A stretch of 64,000 nt of DNA from Candidatus Portnoybacteria bacterium RBG_13_40_8 (lineage in GTDB: Bacteria; Patescibacteriota; Minisyncoccia; RBG-13-40-8-A), in contig MHMT01000003.1 in assembly GCA_001819435.1 (NCBI GenBank), positions 5,797-69,796 of the forward strand. The letters run 5' to 3'. Made by a program: the position numbers and the translations under genes. The notes under the pieces were generated by a model that was given only the letters and a program-made list of their open reading frames with translations, was not told the DNA's origin and did not search any database. Positions 1 to 9,268 of the stretch are shown in pieces. Position 1 is the stretch's first letter; each line of letters opens with the position of its first letter.

Positions 1-342
1 GGCACGGAAGATGTGGCTAAAATCTATAATCAATCTAAAATTTTCGTAATGCCGTCTTTTAATGAAGGTGGGCCAAGGGTAGTTTTGGAGGCAATGGCGT
101 GCAAGGTGCCGATAATAACAACCAGAGTTGGAGCAATGATTGACATTATAAAAGACAAAGAAAACGGCATATTTATAAATTGGGACGCTGAAGATATTAC
201 GCAGAAAGCTTTAGTATTATTACAAGACGATGAATTAAGAAAAAAAATTGCCGAAAACGGCTATCAAACCGTTCAGCAATTTGAAAGAAGGAAAACCATT
301 AGAGATTACGCGGATAATTATCTTAAATTGGCAAATCGCTAG
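1..342 (+). CDS. Glycosyltransferase family 4 (GT-B), C-terminal part; truncated by window edge
   Basis: FVMPSFNEGGPRVVLEAMACKVPII carries the GT4 E-x7-E motif. Confidence 0.85.
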   Translation, partial: GTEDVAKIYNQSKIFVMPSFNEGGPRVVLEAMACKVPIITTRVGAMIDIIKDKENGIFINWDAEDITQKALVLLQDDELRKKIAENGYQTVQQFERRKTIRDYADNYLKLANR

Positions 343-1067
343 ATAACTTTATTCTTTTCAAAAACACACACCAGGGCTTGTCCATAATTTTTAAGAACCG
401 GGATTTTACAGAAAAAATTGGTAATTTTATAAATTATATTATTAGTGAACCAAAACTTGGGGAACCCATAGAGATGCAGTGGCGGGAACAAAGTATTTGC
501 CCGTGACTTCAAGAGTTTGAATCCGCACCTTTCTACTAGGGCGATCCATTGTTTTGGAGAATGACTTTGATTGTGCGCATCGGGATTCCATTTATAACCT
601 TTTTCGTTTTTATTTTTTATCCATGGTTTAAAATGTTTAATCATCGAGGCAAGATTTCTGTATTTGTCATACATGGTTGAGAAGGTTATTAAAAATTTAC
701 CGTCACCCTTTAATAATCTATTTGCTTCAAGGCATAATTTTTCGGGATTTTGGACGTGTTCTATAACATCTATCGCTATTGCCTTATCAAAACTTTTGTC
801 GGGAAAGGGGATTTCTTCAATATTTGCACAAAGCGTTTCGTAATTATCAATATTATAAATTTTCATTATTTCTTTTGATTTTTCGAGCCTTTCCTTGCTG
901 ATGTCAACTCCAATCATTTTTTTATAATGTCCAGCATAAACAATGGCCTGTGGACCTTCTCCGCATCCAATATTTATAACTAAATCATTTTTATCAAAAG
1001 GAAACAAATCCAAATAAACCCTTCCAGAAATAATTTTACTTTTTAAAAACTTAAATTCATCTTCCAT
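339..1067 (-). CDS. Class I SAM-dependent methyltransferase
   Basis: INIGCGEG motif I, GVDIS, PFPDKSFD, DVIEHV; lies opposite to its neighbours. Confidence 0.85.
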   Translation of the reverse strand: MEDEFKFLKSKIISGRVYLDLFPFDKNDLVINIGCGEGPQAIVYAGHYKKMIGVDISKERLEKSKEIMKIYNIDNYETLCANIEEIPFPDKSFDKAIAIDVIEHVQNPEKLCLEANRLLKGDGKFLITFSTMYDKYRNLASMIKHFKPWIKNKNEKGYKWNPDAHNQSHSPKQWIALVERCGFKLLKSRANTLFPPLHLYGFPKFWFTNNIIYKITNFFCKIPVLKNYGQALVCVFEKNKVI

Positions 1068-1106
1068 AAATTTACAGTATAATCAATAGTAATAATAACA
1101 AAATCA

Positions 1107-2177
1107 ATGAAAATTTGCTACATTCTTCCCGAATATAATCAAAATACGGATTCGCATTTTTATCACCATTATGAACGCCTGGAAAAACTTTCCGATAGAT
1201 TGGATGTTTTTTTAATTGCCGAAAAAGGCAGCCATACAAAAGGAAAAATCTTAAACATGAAGCGATTTTATATTCAAAAATTTAAATTTCTACCCTTTAG
1301 ATTTTTGGAAAACTTTTTTATAATTTTGCGGGCCAGGATGCTTGGCTATAAGAAATTTTATACTCATATTTCCTATATTAGTGCTATTAATGCCGCGATT
1401 ATTTCCAGGTTATTTGGCGGGACATCTTATTATTGGAATTGTGCGATGAATTGGTTATTTAAACAAAGAACATTATCTGGTTGGGGATACAAATTGAGCA
1501 TGAAATTGTCCCATTATCTAGTAACCGGAAGCGAAGAAATGAAAAAGGGATACGCTGAACATTATAATTTGTCTTTGAATAAAATTAAGGTTTTGCCGAA
1601 TTGGATTAACCTTAATAGATTTAAAGTTAAAGAACAAATCCCGAAAGTTAAAAACACTTTATTGTTTGTTCATTGGTTGTCAAAAAGGAAAGGAGCAGAT
1701 ATGCTGGTCCCAATCATGAATAATTTAAAATTTAAAATTAAAAATTTAAAATTAATGGTCATCGGTGAGGGACCCTATAAAAACAAATTGATAGACGAGA
1801 TAAAAGACAATGGATTGGAAAAACAAATAAATGTGTTGGGAATGGTGCCCAATAAAGAAATAGCAGATTATTATAATCGAACCGATGTCTTAATCATGCC
1901 TTCAATGGAAGAAGGATTCCCTAGGGTTTTATTGGAAGCAATGGCCTCCGGTATTCCTTATGTTGCTTCTGACGTTGGTGCGGTAAGAGAAATATCTCCG
2001 GAGATCGCCCAAAGATTTTTGGTTAAGGCGGGGGATACGGAAATGTTTGCCCATAAGATAGAAAATCTGATTTTAGACGAAGAGTTGTACCTTAATTTTA
2101 GAAAAGACGGGCTCGAAAAAGTTAAAGAATTTTCTTTGGATAACGCAATTAACAAATTTATTGAATTTTTTGTATGA
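1107..2177 (+). CDS. Glycosyltransferase family 4
   Basis: PSMEEGFPRVLLEAMASGIPYVASDVG motif. Confidence 0.9.
   Translation: MKICYILPEYNQNTDSHFYHHYERLEKLSDRLDVFLIAEKGSHTKGKILNMKRFYIQKFKFLPFRFLENFFIILRARMLGYKKFYTHISYISAINAAIISRLFGGTSYYWNCAMNWLFKQRTLSGWGYKLSMKLSHYLVTGSEEMKKGYAEHYNLSLNKIKVLPNWINLNRFKVKEQIPKVKNTLLFVHWLSKRKGADMLVPIMNNLKFKIKNLKLMVIGEGPYKNKLIDEIKDNGLEKQINVLGMVPNKEIADYYNRTDVLIMPSMEEGFPRVLLEAMASGIPYVASDVGAVREISPEIAQRFLVKAGDTEMFAHKIENLILDEELYLNFRKDGLEKVKEFSLDNAINKFIEFFV
1723..1755. repeat. In-frame heptamer tandem repeat (ATTTAAA) in GT4 gene
   Basis: atttaaa atttaaa attaaaa atttaaa attaa, encoding NLKFKIKNLKL. Confidence 0.55.
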
Positions 2178-3595
2178 AAATCATACTTACAACCTCGCCG
2201 AGAGCTGAAGGAGACGTAGAGAGAAAGGGTTTGCCCTTTTTAGGCATCGGCTATATTGCTGGTTATGTGGAAAAATTCAGTCATCATCAGATTGAGATTT
2301 TCGATGCCCATACTTACGGATTGAACGCTTCTCGGGCAGCAGAAAAAATATTAGAGAGAAAACCGGACGTGGTTGGGATTCACTCGATTACCGATAATAG
2401 ATTTAAAGCCATAGCCCTGGCAAAAGAACTAAAAAAAAGAAATAAAAATGTTATTGTATTGATGGGTGGTCCGCATTTTTCTCTGACCGCGAAAAATGCC
2501 CTAGAGATTGTTCCGGAAATAGATTTTATAATCAAAGGAGAAGGAGAAAAATCGGTTGTCCAATTTCTCAATATTTTGGAAAATAAAGGCGATATTTCCG
2601 AGGTTTCGGGATTGGCTTACAGAACAAAAAGCGGCGAAATTATGGAAAAGCCTTTAACCGATTTGATAATGAATCTCGATGAACTTCCAATGCCCGCCTG
2701 GCACCTGTTTGATTTAAAGGAATATAATAAGCCCATAGATGGTACAAATGTTCGTTCTATAGGCGTTTTAAGCGCCAGGGGATGTCCAAATGTGTGCGTT
2801 TACTGTGCTAATGCTAGATCAGTATTAAGATTAAGAAGCCCGAAAAATTTTGTTGACGAAGTTGAATATTTGTACAAGACATATGGCTATAAGGGTTTTG
2901 ATTTTTGGGATGATACTTTGACCATGGTTAACATTCATGTGGTTGAAATTTGTAAGAAAATTATAGAAAGAAAACTGGATATTGTCTGGTATGCCCGAGC
3001 CAGAGTAAATACGGTTGATAAAAAATTATTAGAGTTAATGAGAAAAGCTGGGTGCATCAGAATTAGTTTTGGCGTTGAGTCGGGAAGTCCGAGAATTTTA
3101 AAAATCATCAAGAAAAATATCACTATTGATCAGGTCAAAAATGCGGTTAGATGGTCCTCCGAAGCGGGCATGGCCGTGATGACTAATTTTATGGTCAACT
3201 TACCAGACGAAACACTTGATGATTTGAAACAGACAATCGACTTAATGAAATGGCTTAGACAAATTAAAAATTCTTATCCTGCCTACGGTTTTACGGTTAT
3301 TTATCCGGGCACAGAATTGGAATTAATGGCAAAAGAAAAAGGATTAATGCCCAAGGATTTTTCCTGGAACAGTCCCTATGAGTCTCCGAAATACAAGGTA
3401 ACCGGTACCGACCCTTCCTTATTTTATATGGAATGGCCGGGCGCCGAACTGGAAAAAATTAAAGCAATAATGACAAAAGAATTGGGAATCAGGGGCAACA
3501 TAATGAAAAAAGGATTTAATAAATTGATAAAAATAAGGTCTATCAGAGAATTAAAAGAATTACTCAGAGCGGGAGTAAATTATTTTAAAAAATGA
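2174..3595 (+). CDS. Cobalamin-binding radical SAM protein (class B methyltransferase-like)
   Basis: N-terminal B12 domain (GGPH..GEGE), RGCPNVCVYC, GVESGS. Confidence 0.9.
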   Translation: MKIILTTSPRAEGDVERKGLPFLGIGYIAGYVEKFSHHQIEIFDAHTYGLNASRAAEKILERKPDVVGIHSITDNRFKAIALAKELKKRNKNVIVLMGGPHFSLTAKNALEIVPEIDFIIKGEGEKSVVQFLNILENKGDISEVSGLAYRTKSGEIMEKPLTDLIMNLDELPMPAWHLFDLKEYNKPIDGTNVRSIGVLSARGCPNVCVYCANARSVLRLRSPKNFVDEVEYLYKTYGYKGFDFWDDTLTMVNIHVVEICKKIIERKLDIVWYARARVNTVDKKLLELMRKAGCIRISFGVESGSPRILKIIKKNITIDQVKNAVRWSSEAGMAVMTNFMVNLPDETLDDLKQTIDLMKWLRQIKNSYPAYGFTVIYPGTELELMAKEKGLMPKDFSWNSPYESPKYKVTGTDPSLFYMEWPGAELEKIKAIMTKELGIRGNIMKKGFNKLIKIRSIRELKELLRAGVNYFKK

Positions 3596-4728
3596 AAATT
3601 ATTTATATTGCCAATATTCGAATACCGACTGAAATGGCTCACGGTCTTCAGGTGATGAAAATGTGCGAAGCTTTTTCAAAACATGATAACAAACTGGAAT
3701 TGGTCGTTCCTTGGCGTTTTGGAATTTCCGATTTAATCAAAAAAGACCCATTCGAATATTACCAAGTTGATAAAAATTTTAAAATTAAGAGAATTTTTTG
3801 TTTTGACTTAACCCCGCTGAATAGGTTTTTGGGTCCGATTTCGTTTTTAATTCAGGCTATTTCTTTTGCCTTTTTTGCATCCATCTATTTACTGTTTAAA
3901 AAGTCGGATATTATTTATTCTCGCGACAGATTCAGTTTGTTTTTCATAGCTTTTTTAAAACAAAACATTGTTTCGGAGGTTCATCAACTGCATAGAACTT
4001 TATTCACCTTTTTGTTGAAGAGAGTAAAGAAAATTATTGTTATTACTCAGGGCCTAAAACAATCACTAATAAACAAGGGGATTGGAGAGGAAAAAATTTT
4101 AGTGGCGCCAGACGGGATAGAATTAAAAGATTTCGAGATTAATACCAGCAAAGAAGAATGTAGAAAAAATTTAGGCTTGCCCCGAAACAAAAAAATAATT
4201 CTTTATACTGGCCATCTTTATAAGTGGAAGGGAGTTGAAACCCTGGCTTTGTCTTCTAAATTTTTAGACCCTAGCGCATTGATAGTTATTGTTGGGGGGA
4301 TAAAGTGGTATTTGTCCAGTTTTAAGAAATTTGTTAAAAAAAATAATCTGGAAAAATTACTCGTTTTGGGCCACAAGGAGTATAGTCAAATTCCGTTTTA
4401 TTTAAAAGCGGCTGATTGTTTGATTTTGACCGGAACCCAAAATTACGAGACGTCAAAGAGTTACACTTCACCAATGAAAATGTTTGAATATATGGCCTCT
4501 AATCGGCCGATTGTTGCTTCGGAACTACCGTCATTTAAAGAAATTTTAAATGAGAATAACTGTATTTTTGTTGAACCAGATAATCTCGAATCAATGGCCA
4601 TCGGTATCCAAAAAGCATTGAATGATTCTGTTTTATCCGAAAGCATTTCCAATCAAGCATATCAAGATGTCCAAAAATATAGTTGGAATGATCGTGCGAA
4701 AGCAATTTTAGAATTCATTAAGACTTAA
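3592..4728 (+). CDS. Glycosyltransferase family 4
   Basis: YTGHLYKWKG, SPMKMFEYMAS motifs. Confidence 0.9.
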   Translation: MKIIYIANIRIPTEMAHGLQVMKMCEAFSKHDNKLELVVPWRFGISDLIKKDPFEYYQVDKNFKIKRIFCFDLTPLNRFLGPISFLIQAISFAFFASIYLLFKKSDIIYSRDRFSLFFIAFLKQNIVSEVHQLHRTLFTFLLKRVKKIIVITQGLKQSLINKGIGEEKILVAPDGIELKDFEINTSKEECRKNLGLPRNKKIILYTGHLYKWKGVETLALSSKFLDPSALIVIVGGIKWYLSSFKKFVKKNNLEKLLVLGHKEYSQIPFYLKAADCLILTGTQNYETSKSYTSPMKMFEYMASNRPIVASELPSFKEILNENNCIFVEPDNLESMAIGIQKALNDSVLSESISNQAYQDVQKYSWNDRAKAILEFIKT

Positions 4729-4743
4729 GGCATCGGGATTTGG

Positions 4744-4773
4744 TTAGAAATTAGAATTTAGAAATTAGAAATT
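4744..4773. repeat. Heptamer tandem repeat (TTAGAAA)x4
   Basis: ttagaaa ttagaat ttagaaa ttagaaa immediately upstream of asnB. Confidence 0.7.
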
Positions 4774-4782
4774 TTATATATT

Positions 4783-6582
4783 ATGTGTGGAATAAATGGA
4801 TTTTCCGCCCTGGGCGGATCGGCCTCGGGCCGAAATAAAGAATTGATTGAAAGAATGAATAAAAAAATCCAGCATCGGGGGCCGGATGATGAAGGGTTTT
4901 ATTTAGATAATTATATTTCGTTGGGACATCGACGACTTTCAATTATTGATTTATCCGAAAAGGGACGACAACCGATGTTCAATGAAGACAAATCGCTCGT
5001 CCTGATTTTTAATGGTGAGATTTACAATTTTCAGGAGTTACGCAAGGAATTGGAAAATAAAGGTCATAAATTTTGTTCTAAAAGTGACAGCGAAGTTATT
5101 CTTCATCTTTATGAAGAACACAAAGAGGATTGCCCAAAATTTTTAAATGGAATATTTGCTTTTGCGGTCTGGGATAAGCGGAAAAAGGAACTGTTTTTGG
5201 CACGAGACAGAATCGGTGTTAAGCCCCTATATTATTATTTCAAAGATAATAAATTCATCTTTTCGTCTGAAATTAAGGCTATTTTAGAGCACGACATTAA
5301 GCGAGAAATTGACCTAGAAGCATTTAATCATTATTTTAGACTAATGTACGTCCCGGCGCCGTTAACGATGTTTAAAGGCATTTATAAGCTCCCACAGGCA
5401 CATTATTTGAGGTTGCGGGGCGAACAGATAGAAATCAATAGATATTGGAATATTCAAGATTTCAAGGAAATAAACTCTAAACAAGAAATTATTGACAAAA
5501 TTCAAGATTTAATGAGAAAATCAGTCCAAGGTCAGCTTTTGTCAGATAGGCCGGTTGGAGTGTTTTTGAGCGGTGGCATTGATTCAACTTCTGTTTTGGG
5601 AATTGTTAAAGAATTGACGCAAGGTAAAATTAAAACATTCTCGGTGGGTTTTGACATAGAAGATCCTAATAATAAATTCAATGCTGATCTAAAAATAGCC
5701 CGAGAAACAAGCAAATTTTACAATACCGAACATCATGAGCTTATAATTAAAAGTGAAGATATTTTAAATAATTTGGAAAAAGTAATTTATTATTTGGATG
5801 AACCGATTGCCGAGCCCACGCAAACTGCGACCTTTTTGCTTTCGGAAATGGCAAAAAAAGAAGTAGCGGTAGTTTTGGGCGGAGACGGGGGAGATGAATT
5901 ATTCGGCGGATATAAAAGATATTATTATAGTTATTTTTTAGATAAGTATAAATTTATAAGATTTTTTCCATTTTTAAAAACAAAAGTTTATTTTAAATTT
6001 ATGTCGCAAAAAGAGAAAGAAGTCGGTAAGATTTTAAATAAGGGCATAAACAACAAAAAAATAACTCAGCAATATTTTAAAAGAAACTATTTCAAAAATA
6101 GTAAATCAAAATATACAAATCAGTTTATGTTAACAGATTTAAAAACCTGGCTTGCGGACGAATCATTAATGCGTTCTGATAAAATGGCGATGGCTAATGG
6201 TTTAGAGGAGCGAGTTCCTATTTTAGACCATCAATTAGTAGAATTATCCGTAAAAATACCCAGCAGGTATAAAATGTTGAACAAGGATCAGGGCAAGGCG
6301 ATTTTTATTGAGGCAATGAAAAAATATTTGCCAGAACACGTACTGAGATCAGAGAGAAAAAAGGTTTGGATGACTCCAGCCTCGCAATGGTTAAGGGGGA
6401 ATCTAAATCAAAAAGCAAGGGAAATTCTATCTTCGGATTATTTCCTGGAAAATAAAAAATATTTTAATTTCGACGGCGTTCAAAAAATGTTTAATGATCA
6501 TATTGAAAAAAGAAAATATAACCTTAATTTGATTTGGGCTCTAATTACTTTTCAAATCTGGTCCAAAAATACTCACAGATGA
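4783..6582 (+). CDS. asnB: Asparagine synthetase (glutamine-hydrolysing)-like amidotransferase, probably glycan amidation
   Basis: MCGI N-terminal Ntn cysteine, HRGPD, RLSIID, FNGEIYN, LSGGIDS, GDGGDELFGGY; located inside a glycan locus. Confidence 0.92.
   Translation: MCGINGFSALGGSASGRNKELIERMNKKIQHRGPDDEGFYLDNYISLGHRRLSIIDLSEKGRQPMFNEDKSLVLIFNGEIYNFQELRKELENKGHKFCSKSDSEVILHLYEEHKEDCPKFLNGIFAFAVWDKRKKELFLARDRIGVKPLYYYFKDNKFIFSSEIKAILEHDIKREIDLEAFNHYFRLMYVPAPLTMFKGIYKLPQAHYLRLRGEQIEINRYWNIQDFKEINSKQEIIDKIQDLMRKSVQGQLLSDRPVGVFLSGGIDSTSVLGIVKELTQGKIKTFSVGFDIEDPNNKFNADLKIARETSKFYNTEHHELIIKSEDILNNLEKVIYYLDEPIAEPTQTATFLLSEMAKKEVAVVLGGDGGDELFGGYKRYYYSYFLDKYKFIRFFPFLKTKVYFKFMSQKEKEVGKILNKGINNKKITQQYFKRNYFKNSKSKYTNQFMLTDLKTWLADESLMRSDKMAMANGLEERVPILDHQLVELSVKIPSRYKMLNKDQGKAIFIEAMKKYLPEHVLRSERKKVWMTPASQWLRGNLNQKAREILSSDYFLENKKYFNFDGVQKMFNDHIEKRKYNLNLIWALITFQIWSKNTHR
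4804..4833. repeat. Double-hairpin palindromic mini-element inserted in-frame in asnB
   Basis: tccgcc-ctg-ggcgga followed by tcggcc-tcg-ggccga; 30 bp encoding SALGGSASGR. Confidence 0.8.
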
Positions 6583-7250
6583 AAATACTTCCTAAAATTT
6601 TAGAAAAAACAGGATTAGATTCCAAGATTACCAGACGACATCTGGATGATTTTATTAAAAATCACCGAAGTAACGGTCTAACCCTGGATATTGGTTGTGG
6701 AAATTCTCCTTATGCCGATTATTTTCCAAATAGAATTGGATTAGACACGGCAAAGAGAGAAAAAGTTGATATTGTGGCCAGTGTTTATAAACTGCCCTTT
6801 CCTGATGAAAAATTTGATAATATTTTATGCACAGAAGTTTTAGAGCACTTACATTCTCCCAGGGAAGCTATCGAAGAAATGGCGCGGGTTTTAAAAAAGG
6901 GAGGAATTTTAATATTATCCACCAGGTTTTTATTTCCTCTTCACGATATTCCGGATGATTATTATAGATTTACCAAATACGGCTTGAGATACCTATTCAG
7001 AAATTGGGAAATTTTGGAGTTGAAGGAAGAAGCGAAAACATTAGAAACTATTGCCGTTTTGACGCAAAGGATCGGTTATCAATGCAGAGGCCCAATTTTA
7101 AAGCCATTAAAACTATTAATATTCGGTATAGCAAAAATCATTCCATTATTTTCTTTTTTGATTAAAAAGGAGTATGGAGATATAAGTAAAACAAAATTAG
7201 AGAAAAATATAATGACCTCTGGTTATTATTTAGTCGCTAAAAAGAAATGA
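6579..7250 (+). CDS. Class I SAM-dependent methyltransferase
   Basis: LDIGCG, LPFPDEKFD, EVLEH, DYYRFT; ATG at 6579 overlaps the asnB stop. Confidence 0.88.
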   Translation: MKILPKILEKTGLDSKITRRHLDDFIKNHRSNGLTLDIGCGNSPYADYFPNRIGLDTAKREKVDIVASVYKLPFPDEKFDNILCTEVLEHLHSPREAIEEMARVLKKGGILILSTRFLFPLHDIPDDYYRFTKYGLRYLFRNWEILELKEEAKTLETIAVLTQRIGYQCRGPILKPLKLLIFGIAKIIPLFSFLIKKEYGDISKTKLEKNIMTSGYYLVAKKK

Positions 7251-7294
7251 AGAAGGAAAATAAAAAAAATTGCTATTTCGGTTTCTATGAATAA
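7137..7294 (+). repeat. Direct repeat copy 1: methyltransferase 3' end plus relic GT 5' end (MKKENKKNCYFGFYE*)
   Basis: 7137-7250 is near-identical to 9023-9136; CYFGFYE matches the N-terminus of the GT at 12253. Confidence 0.85.
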
Positions 7295-7321
7295 CGGTTT
7301 GGGCTTGGTTCGTAGTTTTAA

Positions 7322-7353
7322 AATAAAAAGACAGCAATTACTGTCTTTTTATT
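7322..7353. terminator. Bidirectional intrinsic terminator
   Basis: aataaaaagacag-caatta-ctgtctttttatt, perfect 13-bp stem. Confidence 0.75.
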
Positions 7354-7387
7354 GTTTGTCAGCGCTGAGCTTGATTATTGTTTTTTC

Positions 7388-8902
7388 TTAAGAAAATTTG
7401 AGAACCTTGTTTTTTAGGAATAAACGGAATCGATTCAGCTTTATTAATAGACGGAGTAAAAATCGACTAAAAATATTTTCCTCATAGCAGACCTGAAATA
7501 GTGGATAAAGTATTTCGGAGTAATGTAAGTAAAAATAGCTCATTTTCCTAATGCCATTCAATTCTTTTTGACTTATTTGAGGCATTTTTAAAATCGTTTT
7601 TGACATATCACTTCGCGCAGGTTTGATTTCTTCTTCAGATGCATAACCTTCTTTGACGGCCGTATCTCCCAATGGCGTGCCTCGATAAGGGAAAAACATT
7701 GAGATATTGGCAAGAGAAGGCCTTGCCTTTTTTAAGAGACGGAAGGTATCAAAAATCATCTCTTTCGTTTCGTAGGGCATCCCCATCATGTTAAGTGCTG
7801 CGACTCTGATTCCTTCTTCTTTCAGGATTCTTACCTTTTCGATATAGGTCTCGTCTGTATAGTCCCTTTTGAGTATGTTTTTCCTGAACTCGTAATTTCC
7901 CGATTCGAGAGCCATCGAGATGCTTGCACAGTTCATTTTCTTTAATAATTTAGCCTTTTCTCTAGTCACAGTATGGGGATGAGCATGGGAAGTAAATGGC
8001 ACATTTACTTCTTTTTGGTAAAGTTCTGACAGTCGGGCAAAATCATCAACATTTCTTAGGAGCATGTCTTCAGAAAATATCTTAAAAAATTTCAGGTCAT
8101 AGGTCTTTGTTAGAAATTTCATCTCTTCGACAAATCTTTCGGGAGAGAAAAATCTAACCCTTCCTATGGGGTATAGTTCATTAAGCACCGAGTTTGCGCA
8201 GTAAGGACATCGCCGTGGACACCCTCTGATATCTTGGACATCGCCACTTTTAATAATTTTTCCTTCAAAGGGTCGTAAAAACTGCCTTGGATCATAGATG
8301 GAATAGTCTAAAAATGGCAGTTTATTGATATCTTTTAGCGGTCTTACGGGGTTCTTGTGTACAATGTCATTCTTTTTTATCCATAAATTTTGGATGTCCG
8401 TTCGCGTGATATTACTACCTGAGATGGCATCGACAAATTCTAGGATTGCTTCTTCACCTTCGCCAACACAGAGTGCGTCAATACAATCTTCCGCAATTAC
8501 CTCATCTGGTAAAGTCGTTGCATGAATTCCCCCCATGATAATGGGAATGTCGTAATTATCCTTGGCAATCTTGAGAAAGTCGATAGTGTGAGAATACATG
8601 TCTGACATGCAGCTTGCAGCAATAAGATCTGGGCGCTCTTTTTTAATCAGGTTCAGAAAGACTGATTTGGCATTGATGCTTTTATCTCTCACAAGGTTGT
8701 ATTTTCCCCAATCAACCTTTTTATACTGCATGACCGAATCCGAGACTTCACCGTCTAGGGGAAAGCCGAGGTCCATGAATGTGGTGTCAAAATAGACCAC
8801 TTCGTGACCTTTCGACTTAAGGATAGCCGACAATAATGAGGTGGCAAGGGGCTTGGCACCTGCCGATGACCCCCCAATCGATGTGAGTAATACTTTTTTC
8901 AT
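7388..8902 (-). CDS. Cobalamin-binding radical SAM protein
   Basis: GGIH..GEGE, RGCPRRCPYC, ALESGN; start placed at 8902, just after a TTGACC-17-TAATCT promoter. Confidence 0.9.
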   Translation of the reverse strand: MKKVLLTSIGGSSAGAKPLATSLLSAILKSKGHEVVYFDTTFMDLGFPLDGEVSDSVMQYKKVDWGKYNLVRDKSINAKSVFLNLIKKERPDLIAASCMSDMYSHTIDFLKIAKDNYDIPIIMGGIHATTLPDEVIAEDCIDALCVGEGEEAILEFVDAISGSNITRTDIQNLWIKKNDIVHKNPVRPLKDINKLPFLDYSIYDPRQFLRPFEGKIIKSGDVQDIRGCPRRCPYCANSVLNELYPIGRVRFFSPERFVEEMKFLTKTYDLKFFKIFSEDMLLRNVDDFARLSELYQKEVNVPFTSHAHPHTVTREKAKLLKKMNCASISMALESGNYEFRKNILKRDYTDETYIEKVRILKEEGIRVAALNMMGMPYETKEMIFDTFRLLKKARPSLANISMFFPYRGTPLGDTAVKEGYASEEEIKPARSDMSKTILKMPQISQKELNGIRKMSYFYLHYSEILYPLFQVCYEENIFSRFLLRLLIKLNRFRLFLKNKVLKFS

Positions 8903-8908
8903 AATCAT

Positions 8909-8971
8909 AGATTAACAATTTATATTCAAAGGGTCAATATAATTGAAGCTTAAAAAGATAAAGGGTATAAT
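8909..8971. promoter_or_regulatory. Divergent sigma70-type promoters
   Basis: Minus strand TTGACC-N17-TAATCT; plus strand TTGAAG-N17-TATAAT. Confidence 0.55.
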
Positions 8972-9004
8972 AATTATTGAGTTTCAGAAGAAAGAAAAAA
9001 TAAC

Positions 9005-9136
9005 ATGAAAAAGCTATCTATTATCATTCCATTATTTTCTTTTTTGATTAAAAAGGAGTATGGAGATATAAATAAAACAAAATTAGAGAAAAATATAATG
9101 ACCTCAGTTTACTATTTAGTCGCTAAAAAGAGATGA
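9005..9136 (+). pseudogene. Chimeric 43-aa relic: GT2-like N-terminus (MKKLSIIIP) fused to duplicated methyltransferase C-terminus
   Basis: MKKLSIIIPLFSFLIKKEYGDINKTKLEKNIMTSVYYLVAKKR versus the end of 6579..7250, IIPLFSFLIKKEYGDISKTKLEKNIMTSGYYLVAKKK. Confidence 0.8.
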
Positions 9137-9244
9137 ATAAAAGCAAGGAAAATAAAAAAAATCAAAATCTGTTATTTTGGTTTCTACGAACCCGGGTTCT
9201 CTAGAAACGAAGTATACATTAAGGGCTTGAGAGAAAATGGATAG
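9133..9244 (+). pseudogene. Frameshifted 5' relic of the GT4 gene found intact at 12253
   Basis: KIKICYFGFYEPGFSRNEVYIKGLRENG* versus KLTVCYFGFYEPDFSRNQVYIDGLKKNG; frameshift in the poly-A run. Confidence 0.82.
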
Positions 9245-9268
9245 GAAATATATAAAATAAATTTTTAT

